Positions 1-12,582 of a stretch of 64,000 bases of DNA are shown here, in pieces (within the stretch, counting starts at the first letter, position 1; each line of letters starts with the position of its first letter). The stretch lies in the NCBI GenBank assembly GCA_044892525.1, contig CM097885.1, positions 20,462,001 through 20,526,000 on the forward strand, in the 5' to 3' direction. The notes under the pieces were generated by a model, which saw only the letters and a list, made by a program, of their open reading frames with translations, had not been told where the DNA came from and ran no database searches. A program made the position numbers and the translations under genes. Source of the stretch: Schmidtea polychroa. Taxonomy: Eukaryota.

Positions 1-1010
1 ATATTTAGTTGGATTGCATGTAGAAGGTATTACTATAAGTTCTTTAATTTTATTTGGTTTTCATCGGTATTATGTAAGAAACTCGATCCTACCAGTTGTC
101 AAACTCATTGACTTTGTAATATTGTATCCTTAATCTCATTACAAATTATTCAAAATATATAGTCATTTTATTAAATTTATTTCGACTTTTCTTCTCCTAT
201 GCGATTTGTAATTTTAATTACACCTACACCATTTTTATAACATGAAAATTATGAGTTTATCATACATCTAGTTTTTAAGATATTAAATACATTTATGGAT
301 TTGAAAAGAGGGTATAAAATATAGTATATTGAACATTTGGATCTTTTAATATTTTTTCAAATTTTAATAAATTTCAACTTAAATATATAAAATCAAATTG
401 TTTACCTAGAAGGTTTTGAGTAACTTTTTTTGTAGTTCATACAGTGAATTTTGTTTTTAAAAAAATAGTTTGTAAAATCATTTAGGCCACAATAAAATAA
501 CTGACAATAAAAAAAATTTTCATCAGACTGCTCACAAAAAATTAAACAAAAATTCAGTAAATAAATGAAAAAATAATATAATAAAATAATATAATAATAT
601 TAATAATATAAATATAAATCAAATGGAAAATAAATTAAAAACAAGTGCTTGATAGTGACGGAAATATTATTTATTGTCTTAGATTTTGAATAGTTTACAG
701 AGAAAAAAAATTTGAATGATCTTATTCCACACTAATGTCGCCATAAAATATTTTAATTAAGTAAAGTTTATTTTCTTTAGATAATCATTTCAATACATAG
801 GTTTACATATAATTATTTCTTTTCTATCAACTTTGGCAGTTCAAATGGCAATTACTGAAAAATAGACGAATTTTACATAGTGTAGGAACTGGTTTTCTAA
901 TCTCGTGCAAATGTCAAAAATCAAAATTTTCAAAATAAAGTACATTTTCGTTTACAAAACTATAAAAACTTTATAAGAATATGAATTTAATTTTAATAGT
1001 TTTATCTATT

Positions 1011-1160
<150 letters not shown>

Positions 1161-1164
1161 AAAT

Positions 1165-1332
1165 GATGATTTCTTGGTAGCAGCACTTATTATTTAAAAC
1201 AATAAAGTAATAATCTAAGCCTTTTGCTACGAATAATGTGTTTATTGAAAAAATTCGACTATAAGATGAAAACATTAACAAGGACTATCTAATAGTTCAA
1301 AACCTTTTTATTAAATACATTATTCGCAGCAA
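1165..1332. repeat. Fragment of the terminal region of the Penelope-like family, followed by a short inverted copy of itself
   Basis: GATTTCTTGGTAGCAGC...AAGCCTTTTGCT...TTCGACTATAAGAT matches 36663-36778 and the reverse complement of 51955-52070. 1278-1332 is the same sequence in the opposite orientation. Confidence 0.75.
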
Positions 1333-1776
1333 TGGGATATATTTAATGTTGCACTATAAAATGGTCACAAGTAGTGGGTTACAGGTGGTCGAATGATTAA
1401 GTGCTGTTACCAGCGTAACCCAACATGCAACATTAGTTTCCGCTTGGTACCCGTTGAGTAATCAACGTTGGTACTGTACCAAGGGGTTGAATACTCGCAA
1501 AAAGTGAGCGCATCAAAGCACTATAATTGTCGAGTACTCCATGGGTTCACGGACTACCGATAGAAGGTGTGTGTCCGATTTCTCAGGTCCCTTTATCAAA
1601 ATTGTTCTCCCAACCTTACACACAAGCTCTCGTTTCTCAGGCAATCATAAGCATCTCAGACATTATCTAACGCTACAAAATACGTATTATTGTAACAACA
1701 AAAAAAATAAATATTATTTTAGTACTACAAGGTATATCAAACACACTACAAAATTACATAATCATGGAGAAAAAGT

Positions 1777-2277
1777 TCAACTCGGCCGGTTGGTGGGGCC
1801 GGTTAGTCCCGTCGTAGACGTTTGCGACGAACCCGCTTGCCTTTCGTATTCAGCCAGTCTGGCCTTCTTTAATTTTTCACGGATGTTTCGCCCAAGCCGT
1901 TTTCTTTTGGGCTTATTTTTAGCGGCTGGGGGATATATGGTTGCGAGTTCAACGGCCAGTGGCCGTATTTGTCTTGCTGCGGATTCCTGCACAAACTGCT
2001 CATTTCGTTCGGTTTCGAGCACCCGCACCTGCACTTTCAGGGCGCGAATCTCCATTTGGTCATGAGCGGCCTGTGTCTGCAGCTGGAGGATCTGGGCGGT
2101 TTTCTTCTTCATGGCTTCGGGACTAAACCAGGTCCCTTCGAACTCTCGACATTTTCCCTTCAACTTGTCTACCCGGACCCGGAGTTCGTCAGCACGTTGT
2201 TGGGCCTGCTCCCGATCCTTCCGGAGATTTTCCATTAACTTGTACACTAAAACACAACAGTTGTCAGTTTCCTTCAT
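1777..2277 (-). CDS. Orphan coiled-coil protein with basic C-terminal region (probably a 3' exon)
   Basis: GC-rich 166-codon ORF in AT-rich surroundings; heptad-like E/K/Q/R/L stretch; KNKPKRKRLGR basic patch; TTTTAG acceptor-like site near 2250 on the minus strand. Confidence 0.55.
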   Translation of the reverse strand: MKETDNCCVLVYKLMENLRKDREQAQQRADELRVRVDKLKGKCREFEGTWFSPEAMKKKTAQILQLQTQAAHDQMEIRALKVQVRVLETERNEQFVQESAARQIRPLAVELATIYPPAAKNKPKRKRLGRNIREKLKKARLAEYERQAGSSQTSTTGLTGPTNRPS

Positions 2278-2470
2278 ATCGAATAAAATGAAAATGTTAA
2301 TTATTAATTAACATTAGCAATTCCCGGTTACGACCTTATTGCACTTATTCAATTTACTATATGAATTCTAAGACTCCAAAAAAGAAATTTCCTTTATTTA
2401 AATAATACACATTAGAAGATAGCGGTGCTATAGATATAATGACTAAAATAAGTTATTTATAGTCTAATAA

Positions 2471-2835
2471 TCACGCTCGGCGTTTGCGGGGCCTTCCTCT
2501 TTTTCTCGGGGGTACCGTGGCCTCCTCCAATTCTTCCAGGGGCACTCCCTCCCTTTCTGCCCGGATTTGCATCTCTATCTTCTTAAGCCGGATCTGAGCG
2601 GCTTCCACATCCCAGGCCGCTTGATCTCGGGCCTCCTGTAACCGGTTATTCTCCGGCTCCACCTTCACCCATACCGGGGCATCTACTTCGGGGCCCGTCC
2701 GGATTACTCGATCTGCGCAATCCAGGTCCCGTCCCTGACCCCACCGATGTATATGGTACCAGATGTACCGGGTCCGGAGTCGGGTGATCGTCTGCTGGTC
2801 AGTACTCTCGTCACTGCTAGAGCTGGATTGAGACA
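2471..2835 (-). CDS. Orphan protein with C-terminal AT-hook/NLS-like motif
   Basis: GC-rich ORF running MSQSSSSSDES...PPRKRGRPRKRRA*; RGRP is the AT-hook core; TTACAG acceptor-like site lies just upstream of this ATG. Confidence 0.55.
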
Positions 2836-4496
2836 TGTCTGTAACATAAACATTAAGACCCATACATAACCACTGTGACTTATAAATAGACGTCACAACA
2901 AAACATACAGAAATTTCTTGTTTAAAATCAATAATACTTAACTACTAAATTTATTATAATTAATATAAATACTTCTAACATACCCAAATTTTATTTAATT
3001 TATGGATATACTTTTTAATTAAGTAAATTAAGGAAAAATTTACTAAAGTTAAGTGTTAACGTTAAAAAATTCGTACCCGAACCGAGAATCTCCAAAAATG
3101 GTTTTGTTTAAAATTATTATTTTAATCATTCGGCATTTATTTACCACTGGTTGGTAATTTGGATTTTATAAGTTAAAATTTTTAGGTAAAAGTGAATATC
3201 TCCACTAAATGCGGTTACGCCAGGCGAAGGGTACTAGTGGCGAGCTCAGTCTCTTGCTCACTTACTCTTCCACTGGTTGTATTCGTTATAAGTGGGAAAA
3301 TCATCATTTATCCGTTTGTGGTAATCTATTTCTTGATCTTATATACCTAATTTAGGGACAATTTGATGATTATTTTTCCAGCTGGAGCTATCGAGGTTCA
3401 GTTTCAGCAGTTCGTCCTATGACTCTTGATCAGGAAATCATGGCTTGTATTCATAAAGATTGTGTGAGTTGATTGATTGAAAGGGAAAAATTAATATTGA
3501 ATCTTTATTTAGCTGCAATTGACGACTTGTAGCCTTGCACGAACATTGATTAACTTGTTTGTATTCTGTGCGCTTTCAATATTCTATTGTCGTTTCAATA
3601 TGAGATTTTTATTTGTCTAAATTTATTGCAATTGTCAAATTTTATTAGTCAGTTATTATTGTAAACAAATTTATTCGAACAAAGTAGTAATATTTAATGA
3701 ATTTATAAATGTGAGCAACCGTTAAACATGATAAATATACTTAAGTCGATGAATGAAAATACTATTACCATAATATCTGCATGTAATTTGCTTTTATATG
3801 AAGAAACCCAAATATTTGGTTGGTTTGTAATGTGGTTCTAATTTAGAAATTTTTCATCTAAGTCATTTGGTATTAATGAACATGAAGTAGTTATGGTTAA
3901 TATGCTTTTGCCTACTTTAATTGAATTTATAAAGAAGTTGTATGTTTGTTTTTCGTTCGGGATTTAAGGGTCAGATTGCATAGGTGCTCATACGTCCTCA
4001 CCCATATCCCCCGGTGACTTGAATAATGGTAATATTTTCCTATGGGGGGGTGTTGCTAAAAATAGTCTTCAGAATTCTGATCCCTCTGATTGGCTCGGAG
4101 GGTCGTTTCTAAATTTAATTTCTTGGGGAAATCCTAAAATCAATATCAGATTGGGATATTAACTTTGACAAGTAATAATAATTGTTAATAATAATAATAT
4201 ATAATCAGTATAGTATTTATACATTTACTAATATATTCCACCATGACTAAGTGTATATGTATATATATATATATATATATTTACAATTAAATTATATATA
4301 TTAAGAACAATATTAGTAAAAATAATAGTCAAGTCATATATAACTGATCATTAATAGTAATAATAGCAACAATAGAGATAACCATAATAACCATGGTAAC
4401 AATAATAATAATAATGTTAATGATAATAATAAGGGTCGAACTGATGATAATAATGATAATAAGATTAACATTAATAATAATAATAATAATATTACC

Positions 4497-4579
<83 letters not shown>

Positions 4580-6549
4580 AAATAATAATATAAATAATAT
4601 TAGTGATAATAAGAATAATGGTAATAATGATGGTAATATTAGCAGTAACAGCAATAATATTAGGGTTAATATAATTTTACATGGTACAATTCGAAGCTTA
4701 TATTTCTCATTTTAAAGATTTCTATTCTATGATTTAGAAAGTTACTTTTGGTAATTTATAAATTTCCGTTTCTAATTTAAATTTTATATTTTTCAATTTA
4801 CACATTTATACGTTATAATTTCTAATTGTATGTATTATAGTGTATAACTTAATAATTTATGATTTTATACTTTATATTTTATAATTTTATATTTTATAAT
4901 TTATAATTTTATGTTTTACAATTCAGGGGTTTAGATTTTATAATTTGTAGTTATATATTTCGTAGTTCATAATTTTATATTTAATAATTCACGATTTTAG
5001 GTTTTATACTTTAGGATTTTATATTTCATAATTTATGATTTTATAATTTATACTTTATGAATTTCTAGTCAGCTTTACATGACTTTTTATAAGTTACTTT
5101 TGTTGGATCATCATAGTTTTCTAAAATGTTTTCAAGTTTGTCGGTAGCTATTCCCAGACTCTATTCCCGAAGTTCCACGTTTATGTATAATTAATAAAGA
5201 AACATTTCCGATACCCAAAATCTATAGCTCCTAATCGGGATTTTCCATTAATGACTTACATCAATATAATTAGCTCTAAGATCTGACAACTATTTATACA
5301 ATTATAGCTAAATATTTATACATTAATGAATGTTTAAAGTGAGAATTGGATTTAAAATCCTTACATTTACTTTGAATCAGCATAGCTAGATTAAGTTGTA
5401 CCGGCACGTATGCCGAATATCTTTCTTATCTCTATTACTTTATCAAAATTTTCTATTACAAAATTTAGTTCGGCATATGTCCAAGTATAATTGAAATTAC
5501 TGTGATGAATCAACTAGCTACATTAATGTGAGTGCAGAATTGTGTAATTTTAGGTACGAGCTCTGCTCAAATTAGAACCTTAGTGTAGAGTTATTATTCA
5601 GGATTTTAAGTGTTGATTTTAAATATGTGTTGCATAGAAGGTCGGGAAGAATATTGCTTCCATGGCCCCACTGTGACCACTTCCACAAACCTTAGTGTTG
5701 AGTGTTGAGTCAACCATTTACGATCGACCTTACATAAATACAAAGAGTCAGGCGAAGGGTTTCCTCGACCTAACTCCATGGCAGGACCATGAAGTAGTTC
5801 GACCTCCGGCTGACCCGAACAAAAAGGGTTTTATAGATAATAATAATGCATGTGTGAATGAGAAATAGAATTTAAGAATTATATGCAGGACCGATCAGAG
5901 ACGTACTCGGACGCCGCTGATCCGTCGAAAATTACTAGAACATAAAATCTTAATAATATTCTTAATGAACAAAAGGTTGCTATTAATAATATTACGTAGC
6001 ATAAAATTACATCAAATCAAAAGGCTTACTAATAATTTTCCAGAAAATTCTTCAGCAAAATATTGGCATAAAGATTGATTGTGACTGAAACGTGTCAGTA
6101 TATATACCTATTTAGTAGATAGATAGGGCACCGCTAGATCAGGACTCCGCTGGATCACATACCCCCCCACTAAGGGAAATTTTTAAAATTCTTTTCAAGG
6201 TCAAAATTTTTAATGTAAAGTTCATTTTTTTTTTAAAATTTGAAATTCGAGAGTTCCTGACAAGAGATATTATTATTTGAAAATAAAGGTCTTTGAAACA
6301 CAGGGATTATTATATATATATAGTCTGAATTTATCCGACAAGATATTCTGTCCTCCTATGGGTATTGCTCACATTCAACATGTCGCAAGGGTATTATTAA
6401 ACAAATCAACATTGTATTTTTATTATTTTATTATTATTATTATTATTATTTTTTTTTTATTTTTTTTTTCTAATATTTTAATTTTTTTTTTATTTATTAT
6501 TTATTTATATTTTTATTTTTATTATTTATTTATATTTTTATTTTTATTA

Positions 6550-6616
<67 letters not shown>

Positions 6617-6677
6617 TTTAATATTATTATTATTTTTATTATTATTATTATTTTTATTATTATTATTATTTTATTAA

Positions 6678-6758
<81 letters not shown>

Positions 6759-6781
6759 TATTTATATTTTTATTTTTATTA

Positions 6782-6856
<75 letters not shown>

Positions 6857-6857
6857 T

Positions 6858-6924
<67 letters not shown>

Positions 6925-7095
6925 GATTTACAAAATTATTATTATTTTTCATAATAAATTAAGACATTAAAAGATATATTGAATCACAGATCAATTCGAA
7001 AACAATACGTCATCTATATCAATATCATTGGCATCATTGGCTTCATTGTCATCATCATTGAAATCTGGACTCATTCCGCTAAAAAGTGGACGAAT

Positions 7096-8625
7096 TTATG
7101 AAATTACTTGATCAACATCTGGAACATCGACTCCTAAATAATGTCCATATGCGAGACTGGTATTAGGACCCACCCAAAGGCGCTTGTCATCGTTGTTCGA
7201 CAAGGCTATTTTATTATTTTTAAAAGTAAAGAGCTGGTGGTTTCTTGTACCTATTCTAGTTTGTGGTACCGAAAATACTACGCTGTTGTTGTAGCAGTCT
7301 AAATATGACTGGTGTCTAATATCAGTATTACCAAGCTGAACTCCCTTTGCTTTTAAATGATCTTTATCCCCTAACAAACTATAACACTTAGGTCTTAAGA
7401 AAACCCATTCCTTATACCCTACACCTTTACTTTCATCTTTAAACTTCCCTATTACCGAATCCAGGCTCTTAGAATATAAAGGATGAGCAGGATCGTAATT
7501 TGACGTGTCTAGAAGGCTGTCTCTTATCATTGCCGGCAAAAGAGTGTCAAGCTTACAGGGCTTTATCTCTAAGAAAAAGGAGTCAGTGTCACCGGCAACG
7601 ATATTTATATCACAATTAAATTCAGACCTGTACTTGGCCAATTCCACATATTGTAGTTGATACATTCTTAGTTTAGACAAATCTAACATTGTTTGACAAA
7701 TATAGCTAGGCCTGTCTAAACATATAGAGTCCTTATTCAGATGAGCCACAATCAGATCATCAGCAATTTTGATAGATTTTCTGAAAGTTGGCTTTGATGC
7801 ATATACAATCATCTTTTCAGCTGAATTGCATAGCCTCAAATTCATCCTTTTCTTTAAGTTCTCAACGGATTTCCCATATAAGCTGTTGTTATAAAGCTTA
7901 AACAAATCTCTATATAACTCACTGGTGGATTGTGGTCTTAATGTTGTGTTTTTATCAATGTACGATTTAAAAATGGGTGCTTGCGTGAATTTAACTGCTC
8001 TATAAATTTTAACCACCGTCACACCGAGTGAAAGATAAAGTTTAAGAAGTCTCCAATGAAGAACATAGTTCTTCTTTGGCCAATGCGTGAGCAACAGCTT
8101 CTCAACTTTGGAGTTCGGTGGACACATCTTTTCCGCAGCAATAGGAAAGTCATTTAAAAAATCATGCAAACATTCCGGAATTTCGATATCAACTTCCATA
8201 GTATACCCATATGGAAGGTTATCAATATCATCATTCACACATTCAAGTAAAACATCATTCAAATCATCATACACCCATACAAAGTCAGCATAAGGCAGAT
8301 TTTGGCTTAAGGCCCAACCATACAAATTATTAATATCTATGTACAAGAGTTCAGTGTCTTCAGAACTAGCAACATAATGTTTGTTAACAAATGTTAACCC
8401 ACCCCGTATCCCTCCTTCATAGAAATTAAACATTTCCATGTCCTGCAAAAGTTCTATAGGTTCCGTTAATGTGATAAGCGCTGAGGCCCATGACATACCG
8501 GGAATACCATAGAAATTTAGAGGTTCAAGACCATTGTAAGCAATGGCCTTCGCACGGAATTGTTGAAAATAGTCTGCAAGGAGAAATACATCTAATTTAA
8601 GGTAAGTCAACATGTAATCTAACAT
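7096..8625 (-). CDS. Protein-primed family B DNA polymerase, C-terminal polymerase part (left copy)
   Basis: YLKLDV (ExoIII), YIDINNLYG (Pol A), KLYNNSLYGK (Pol B), AGDTDSFF (Pol C), GKFKDE, LRPKCY, KAKGV. Confidence 0.92.
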   Translation of the reverse strand: MLDYMLTYLKLDVFLLADYFQQFRAKAIAYNGLEPLNFYGIPGMSWASALITLTEPIELLQDMEMFNFYEGGIRGGLTFVNKHYVASSEDTELLYIDINNLYGWALSQNLPYADFVWVYDDLNDVLLECVNDDIDNLPYGYTMEVDIEIPECLHDFLNDFPIAAEKMCPPNSKVEKLLLTHWPKKNYVLHWRLLKLYLSLGVTVVKIYRAVKFTQAPIFKSYIDKNTTLRPQSTSELYRDLFKLYNNSLYGKSVENLKKRMNLRLCNSAEKMIVYASKPTFRKSIKIADDLIVAHLNKDSICLDRPSYICQTMLDLSKLRMYQLQYVELAKYRSEFNCDINIVAGDTDSFFLEIKPCKLDTLLPAMIRDSLLDTSNYDPAHPLYSKSLDSVIGKFKDESKGVGYKEWVFLRPKCYSLLGDKDHLKAKGVQLGNTDIRHQSYLDCYNNSVVFSVPQTRIGTRNHQLFTFKNNKIALSNNDDKRLWVGPNTSLAYGHYLGVDVPDVDQVIS

Positions 8626-8637
8626 GTTATTGCAATT

Positions 8638-10950
8638 TTACTGAGTCCAAATAACTTGGGCTAATGCATACTCATCATTAGACACAGAATCCCAGATCGG
8701 AGGTAGTTCAAGAGTTGATTCCAGAACCTCAAGAGATGTAGCGAAGTCATAAGGAAAGATACCTTTGGCTCGAACAATTGCGCCATCAAAAACAGAAGAA
8801 GTTAAAGGCAGATCGGAAAGAGTCTTAACCGCTTTTGCTAAAGATGAATTAACAAACTGCATGCTGTCAATAAAACGAACAGGTAATTTGTTAATATACG
8901 CGATGAGAGAGATGAATTTCTCGGTAGTGGTCGGAATAATATTTAACTCCCAAGAAGGAAAATTATTCAAGCCATACTTCAAAATATGATGGAGATCATA
9001 CCCCCTCAAATTATGGAACACAACCGGTAACTGTCTCTGAATTCGCCGAGAAACATTACATTTCCTACAAGCAGCACCAAGATACTTACCTGAGAAGTGG
9101 CAATGGTCCCTAACTCTATCTCTAATGAATTTTTTACACAGATAACAGGTTATGGAATCTCTATATGCCCGCTGTTGAACGAAAGACAAAGTTTGCATGG
9201 GCTTTTTCCCATTAATTTCGTAATATGGCAGGACAATTGTGGCAGCAATTTCCTCCACCTTACGCAAGAAAGACAACACACAATCATCACCAACAAACTC
9301 ATAATAAAATTTTGTGTTATTATAATTATTAATTAATAACATGCCTGCTGTTATTGGCAAGTGCTTTTGATGGTGTATTATATCCTCGGGTAAAATTGCC
9401 TCAAAATCGGCATATATCACGAATGACGGGGTGATTGTCTTCGCATAATTTTGAAAAATTAAATTTTTATCTTTAGGGAGGGTGTATAGAGGTGTTCCTA
9501 TCTGGTTTTTTATGCATAAGGCGACATGAATATCAAATGCATTTTTATGTCTAAAACCATTGAGACAATGGGGACGCCAGTTCACTCTAATCCAAAGGTT
9601 GCAGGAGCTACTGGGATGTGAGTTCATTAATTTTTGTAAGTTAAAAACTGCGGTATAATGGAAATTATCACCGTCTTCCAATAAAAGTAAGTATATGGGT
9701 TCACCACCTATAACCTTAGATCGGTGAATAATATCTAATTGAGGATGATGTGGAATATAATTATCGTCAATTACATTTTCATAAGGCTTACCTGGGGTCT
9801 TTTTATAAATTAAAACATTTATTGATAAATTTAAATCCTTGTTTTTCCTTTCAAATTTGGGGATATCACATAATTTCATGGGGCAATCATCTATGGGGTC
9901 AAAATTTAACTCGTCAAGATAATTTTCATAGGAACTAACACGATTTCTATTTATATGTACTACATTGCGTTTTAACAGTGCTAAAATACTATAGATAAAG
10001 CACATATCGTCGGTGTTTTTGACGTTTACTATTGCTTTTTTAGAATTTAAAGCTGATGGGGTGGGGATATAACTATGTCCAACTAGCATATTCATATGTG
10101 TATTTTTAGTTAATATAAAATCTATTTCTTTGATTTTAACCACCCGCCATCCGCTTCCCAAATATGTGAACTTTTCAATTTTATTATTTAATCTGGTGAT
10201 TCCATTAATCAAAAAATTTTCTGAAAAAACTTCTGCGCTATTAGAGAAAAAATTATCTCTAATTTCCCCATCTTTTTCGAATTGGATTAAAACGGTGAAT
10301 TGTATTTTAACTGTGCCCATACCTTTGATTTCGGCAATTAATTTATTTATAATTTTATTTGTAAGGGAAATTTGCACCAAGTTATCCTTTTCCATATTAA
10401 AGCGTAAATTTTTTCTCGCCCCCTTAAAATCTATCTCAATTTCAGGTTCATCGTCAATATCGATCGAACTCTTATTATTTACTGAACCACCTATTTGAAT
10501 ATTATTTAAATCACTTATTTGATCTATTTTAGTAATTTTAGAGGGAACACCAGACCAAAAACTAACAGCAGGCTGTTTATTATTTAGAATATTATTTATT
10601 TTAGTATTTAGATTAGTATTATTTACATTATTATTTACATGTTTTGTATTATTATTTATAGGTTTTGTATTTATGTGTTTTGTGGTATTATGTGTTGATT
10701 GTTGTATTTTAATAAACAATATCTTTTTATTTAAAGAGAACCGATTTAAATGTGATTTGTGAATATTATAAAACTCTATATATTTAATGCTTTGGGAAGT
10801 CTCGCATATTGGACATATAAAGTAGTTGATACCATAGAATCTATGACCGTAGTATTTTTTCATATTTTTATGGCATATATTTGTATGATCATTTGATGAC
10901 ATGCAGTAGCGTGGGTATAATTTACCTGATAAATTATAAATATATATCAA
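8638..10950 (-). CDS. Protein-primed family B DNA polymerase, N-terminal/exonuclease part (left copy); same frame as 7096..8625, separated by one TAA
   Basis: VIYADFEA (ExoI); CYLC...DHCHFSGKYLGAACRKCN (EndoVII-like Zn insert typical of Polinton pPolB); FHNLRGYD (ExoII); FIDS; KGIFPY. The track start is TTG, so the true start is uncertain. Confidence 0.88.
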   Translation of the reverse strand: MIYIYNLSGKLYPRYCMSSNDHTNICHKNMKKYYGHRFYGINYFICPICETSQSIKYIEFYNIHKSHLNRFSLNKKILFIKIQQSTHNTTKHINTKPINNNTKHVNNNVNNTNLNTKINNILNNKQPAVSFWSGVPSKITKIDQISDLNNIQIGGSVNNKSSIDIDDEPEIEIDFKGARKNLRFNMEKDNLVQISLTNKIINKLIAEIKGMGTVKIQFTVLIQFEKDGEIRDNFFSNSAEVFSENFLINGITRLNNKIEKFTYLGSGWRVVKIKEIDFILTKNTHMNMLVGHSYIPTPSALNSKKAIVNVKNTDDMCFIYSILALLKRNVVHINRNRVSSYENYLDELNFDPIDDCPMKLCDIPKFERKNKDLNLSINVLIYKKTPGKPYENVIDDNYIPHHPQLDIIHRSKVIGGEPIYLLLLEDGDNFHYTAVFNLQKLMNSHPSSSCNLWIRVNWRPHCLNGFRHKNAFDIHVALCIKNQIGTPLYTLPKDKNLIFQNYAKTITPSFVIYADFEAILPEDIIHHQKHLPITAGMLLINNYNNTKFYYEFVGDDCVLSFLRKVEEIAATIVLPYYEINGKKPMQTLSFVQQRAYRDSITCYLCKKFIRDRVRDHCHFSGKYLGAACRKCNVSRRIQRQLPVVFHNLRGYDLHHILKYGLNNFPSWELNIIPTTTEKFISLIAYINKLPVRFIDSMQFVNSSLAKAVKTLSDLPLTSSVFDGAIVRAKGIFPYDFATSLEVLESTLELPPIWDSVSNDEYALAQVIWTQ

Positions 10951-11099
10951 ATATATTAATAGATTTAAATATTAATTGTTAATTGCATTTATATTTAATG
11001 ACTTTATTAACAATTCTTAACCCGTAATTCTTAAGTGTAACCATGTATAGGCAGAATTCAATTCTCTAGAATATGGCGCAATTACCATTTCAGTTTGGT

Positions 11100-11702
11100 G
11101 CTTTGTGTGTAATGCACACATGTTTTTACAATAAATTTGTATTTTTTCGCGCGGTTAACGTTATTTTCTTGGATTTTTATTCATATAATATATAGATAAA
11201 ATTTAATTTTCTATAATTATAATTGGTTAAAAACTATGTATCTTGTTTTGTGTGTAATACACACATGGTTTTACAATAAATTTGTATTTTTCATACATTT
11301 AACGTAATTTTCATAGGCTTTTATACATATAATATATAGATAAAATTTAATTTTCTATAATTATAATTGGTTAAAAACTATGTATCTTGTTTTGTGTGTA
11401 ATACACACATGTTTTTACAATAAATTTGTAGTTTTCATACATTTAACGTAATTTTCTTGAAATTTTATTCATATAATATATAGATAAAATTTAATTTTCT
11501 ATAATTATAATTGGTTAAAAACTATGTATCTTGTTTTGTGTGTAATACACACATGGTTTTACAATAAATTTGTATTTTTCATACATTTAACGTAATTTTC
11601 ATAGGCTTTTATACATATAATATATAGATAAAATTTAATTTTCTATAAATATAATTGGTTAAAAACTATGTATCTTGTTTTGTGTATGATACACACATGT
11701 TT
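11100..11702. repeat. 144-bp tandem array (~4.2 copies), each with a TGTGTGTA-A-TACACACA palindrome or close variant
   Basis: ACTATGTATCTTG recurs at 11233, 11377, 11521 and 11665, an exact 144-bp period. Confidence 0.92.
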
Positions 11703-11754
11703 TCCTGATTTTTTTTTTAATATTAATATCATTTTTAATATTTTTTTTTTAAAT

Positions 11755-11788
<34 letters not shown>

Positions 11789-12052
11789 TTAATAATAAAA
11801 ATATTAATAATAATAATAATAATAATAATAAAATAATAATAATAATAATAATAATAATATAAATAATAATAATATAAATAATAATAATAAAAATAATAAA
11901 AATAATAATGATAAAAATAATATTAAAAATATTAATAATAATAATAAAATAATAATAATAATATAAATAATAAAAATAAAAATAATAATAATAATATTAA
12001 TAAAAATAATAAAAATAATTATAATAATAATAATATAAATAATAAAAATAAA

Positions 12053-12087
<35 letters not shown>

Positions 12088-12162
12088 TAATAATAACAGT
12101 AATAATAATAATTATAATAATAATAAAAAATAAAAATAATAAAAAAAAAATAAATAATAATG

Positions 12163-12193
<31 letters not shown>

Positions 12194-12582
12194 TAATATT
12201 AAAAATATTAATAATAATAAAATAATAATAATAATATAAAAAATAAAAATAATAAAAATAATAATAATAATAGTAATAGTAATAATAATTTGTAAATAAA
12301 ATAAGATTTTGAAGAAAACAATCATGAAAATATTGAAAATAATCATGAAATTAATGCAAATTATGAAAATTTTAAATAAATCAAATTTAGTGTCAAAATG
12401 TGTTTTTAAAATATATCTAAGTTTTAAAATACCGCAACGTAATGTATTTTTATTCTATCCCTTCTTTGATTTTGATTGGACCGGAAAATATTCATTTTCT
12501 TTATAAGCAGTTGAAATTTTCAAAATCGTCACAATTATTTTTAAATTTTACAAATTTTCGACTAAAAAATTTTTGATTAAAA

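Larger units (their letters stand above)
6114..11026 (-). repeat. Left inverted arm
   Basis: Reverse complement of 13884-18707; identity ends near 11026/13884. Confidence 0.93.

Noticed and set aside
1370..1376. AGTAGT as the terminus of a third Polinton
   Set aside because: No matching inverted end was found; the motif is better explained by the CACAAGT duplication junction.
4334..4654. Poly-Leu/Ile/Tyr ORFs here and at 981, 6277, 11804, 18119, 23671, 31869 and 40392-40692
   Set aside because: Translations of TTA/TAA microsatellites or TATTTTATTTA arrays, not proteins.
5560..5950. GC-richer patch with short frames (KGFLDLTPWQDHEVVRPP)
   Set aside because: No sustained ORF or recognisable motif; may be decayed coding sequence of the host element.
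8087..10498. Short antisense ORFs overlapping pPolB and the Gypsy pol genes
   Set aside because: Shadow frames of real coding sequence with no independent motifs.
11100..11702. CRISPR-like array (palindromic repeats at regular spacing)
   Set aside because: The spacers are near-identical, there are no cas genes, and the context is eukaryotic.
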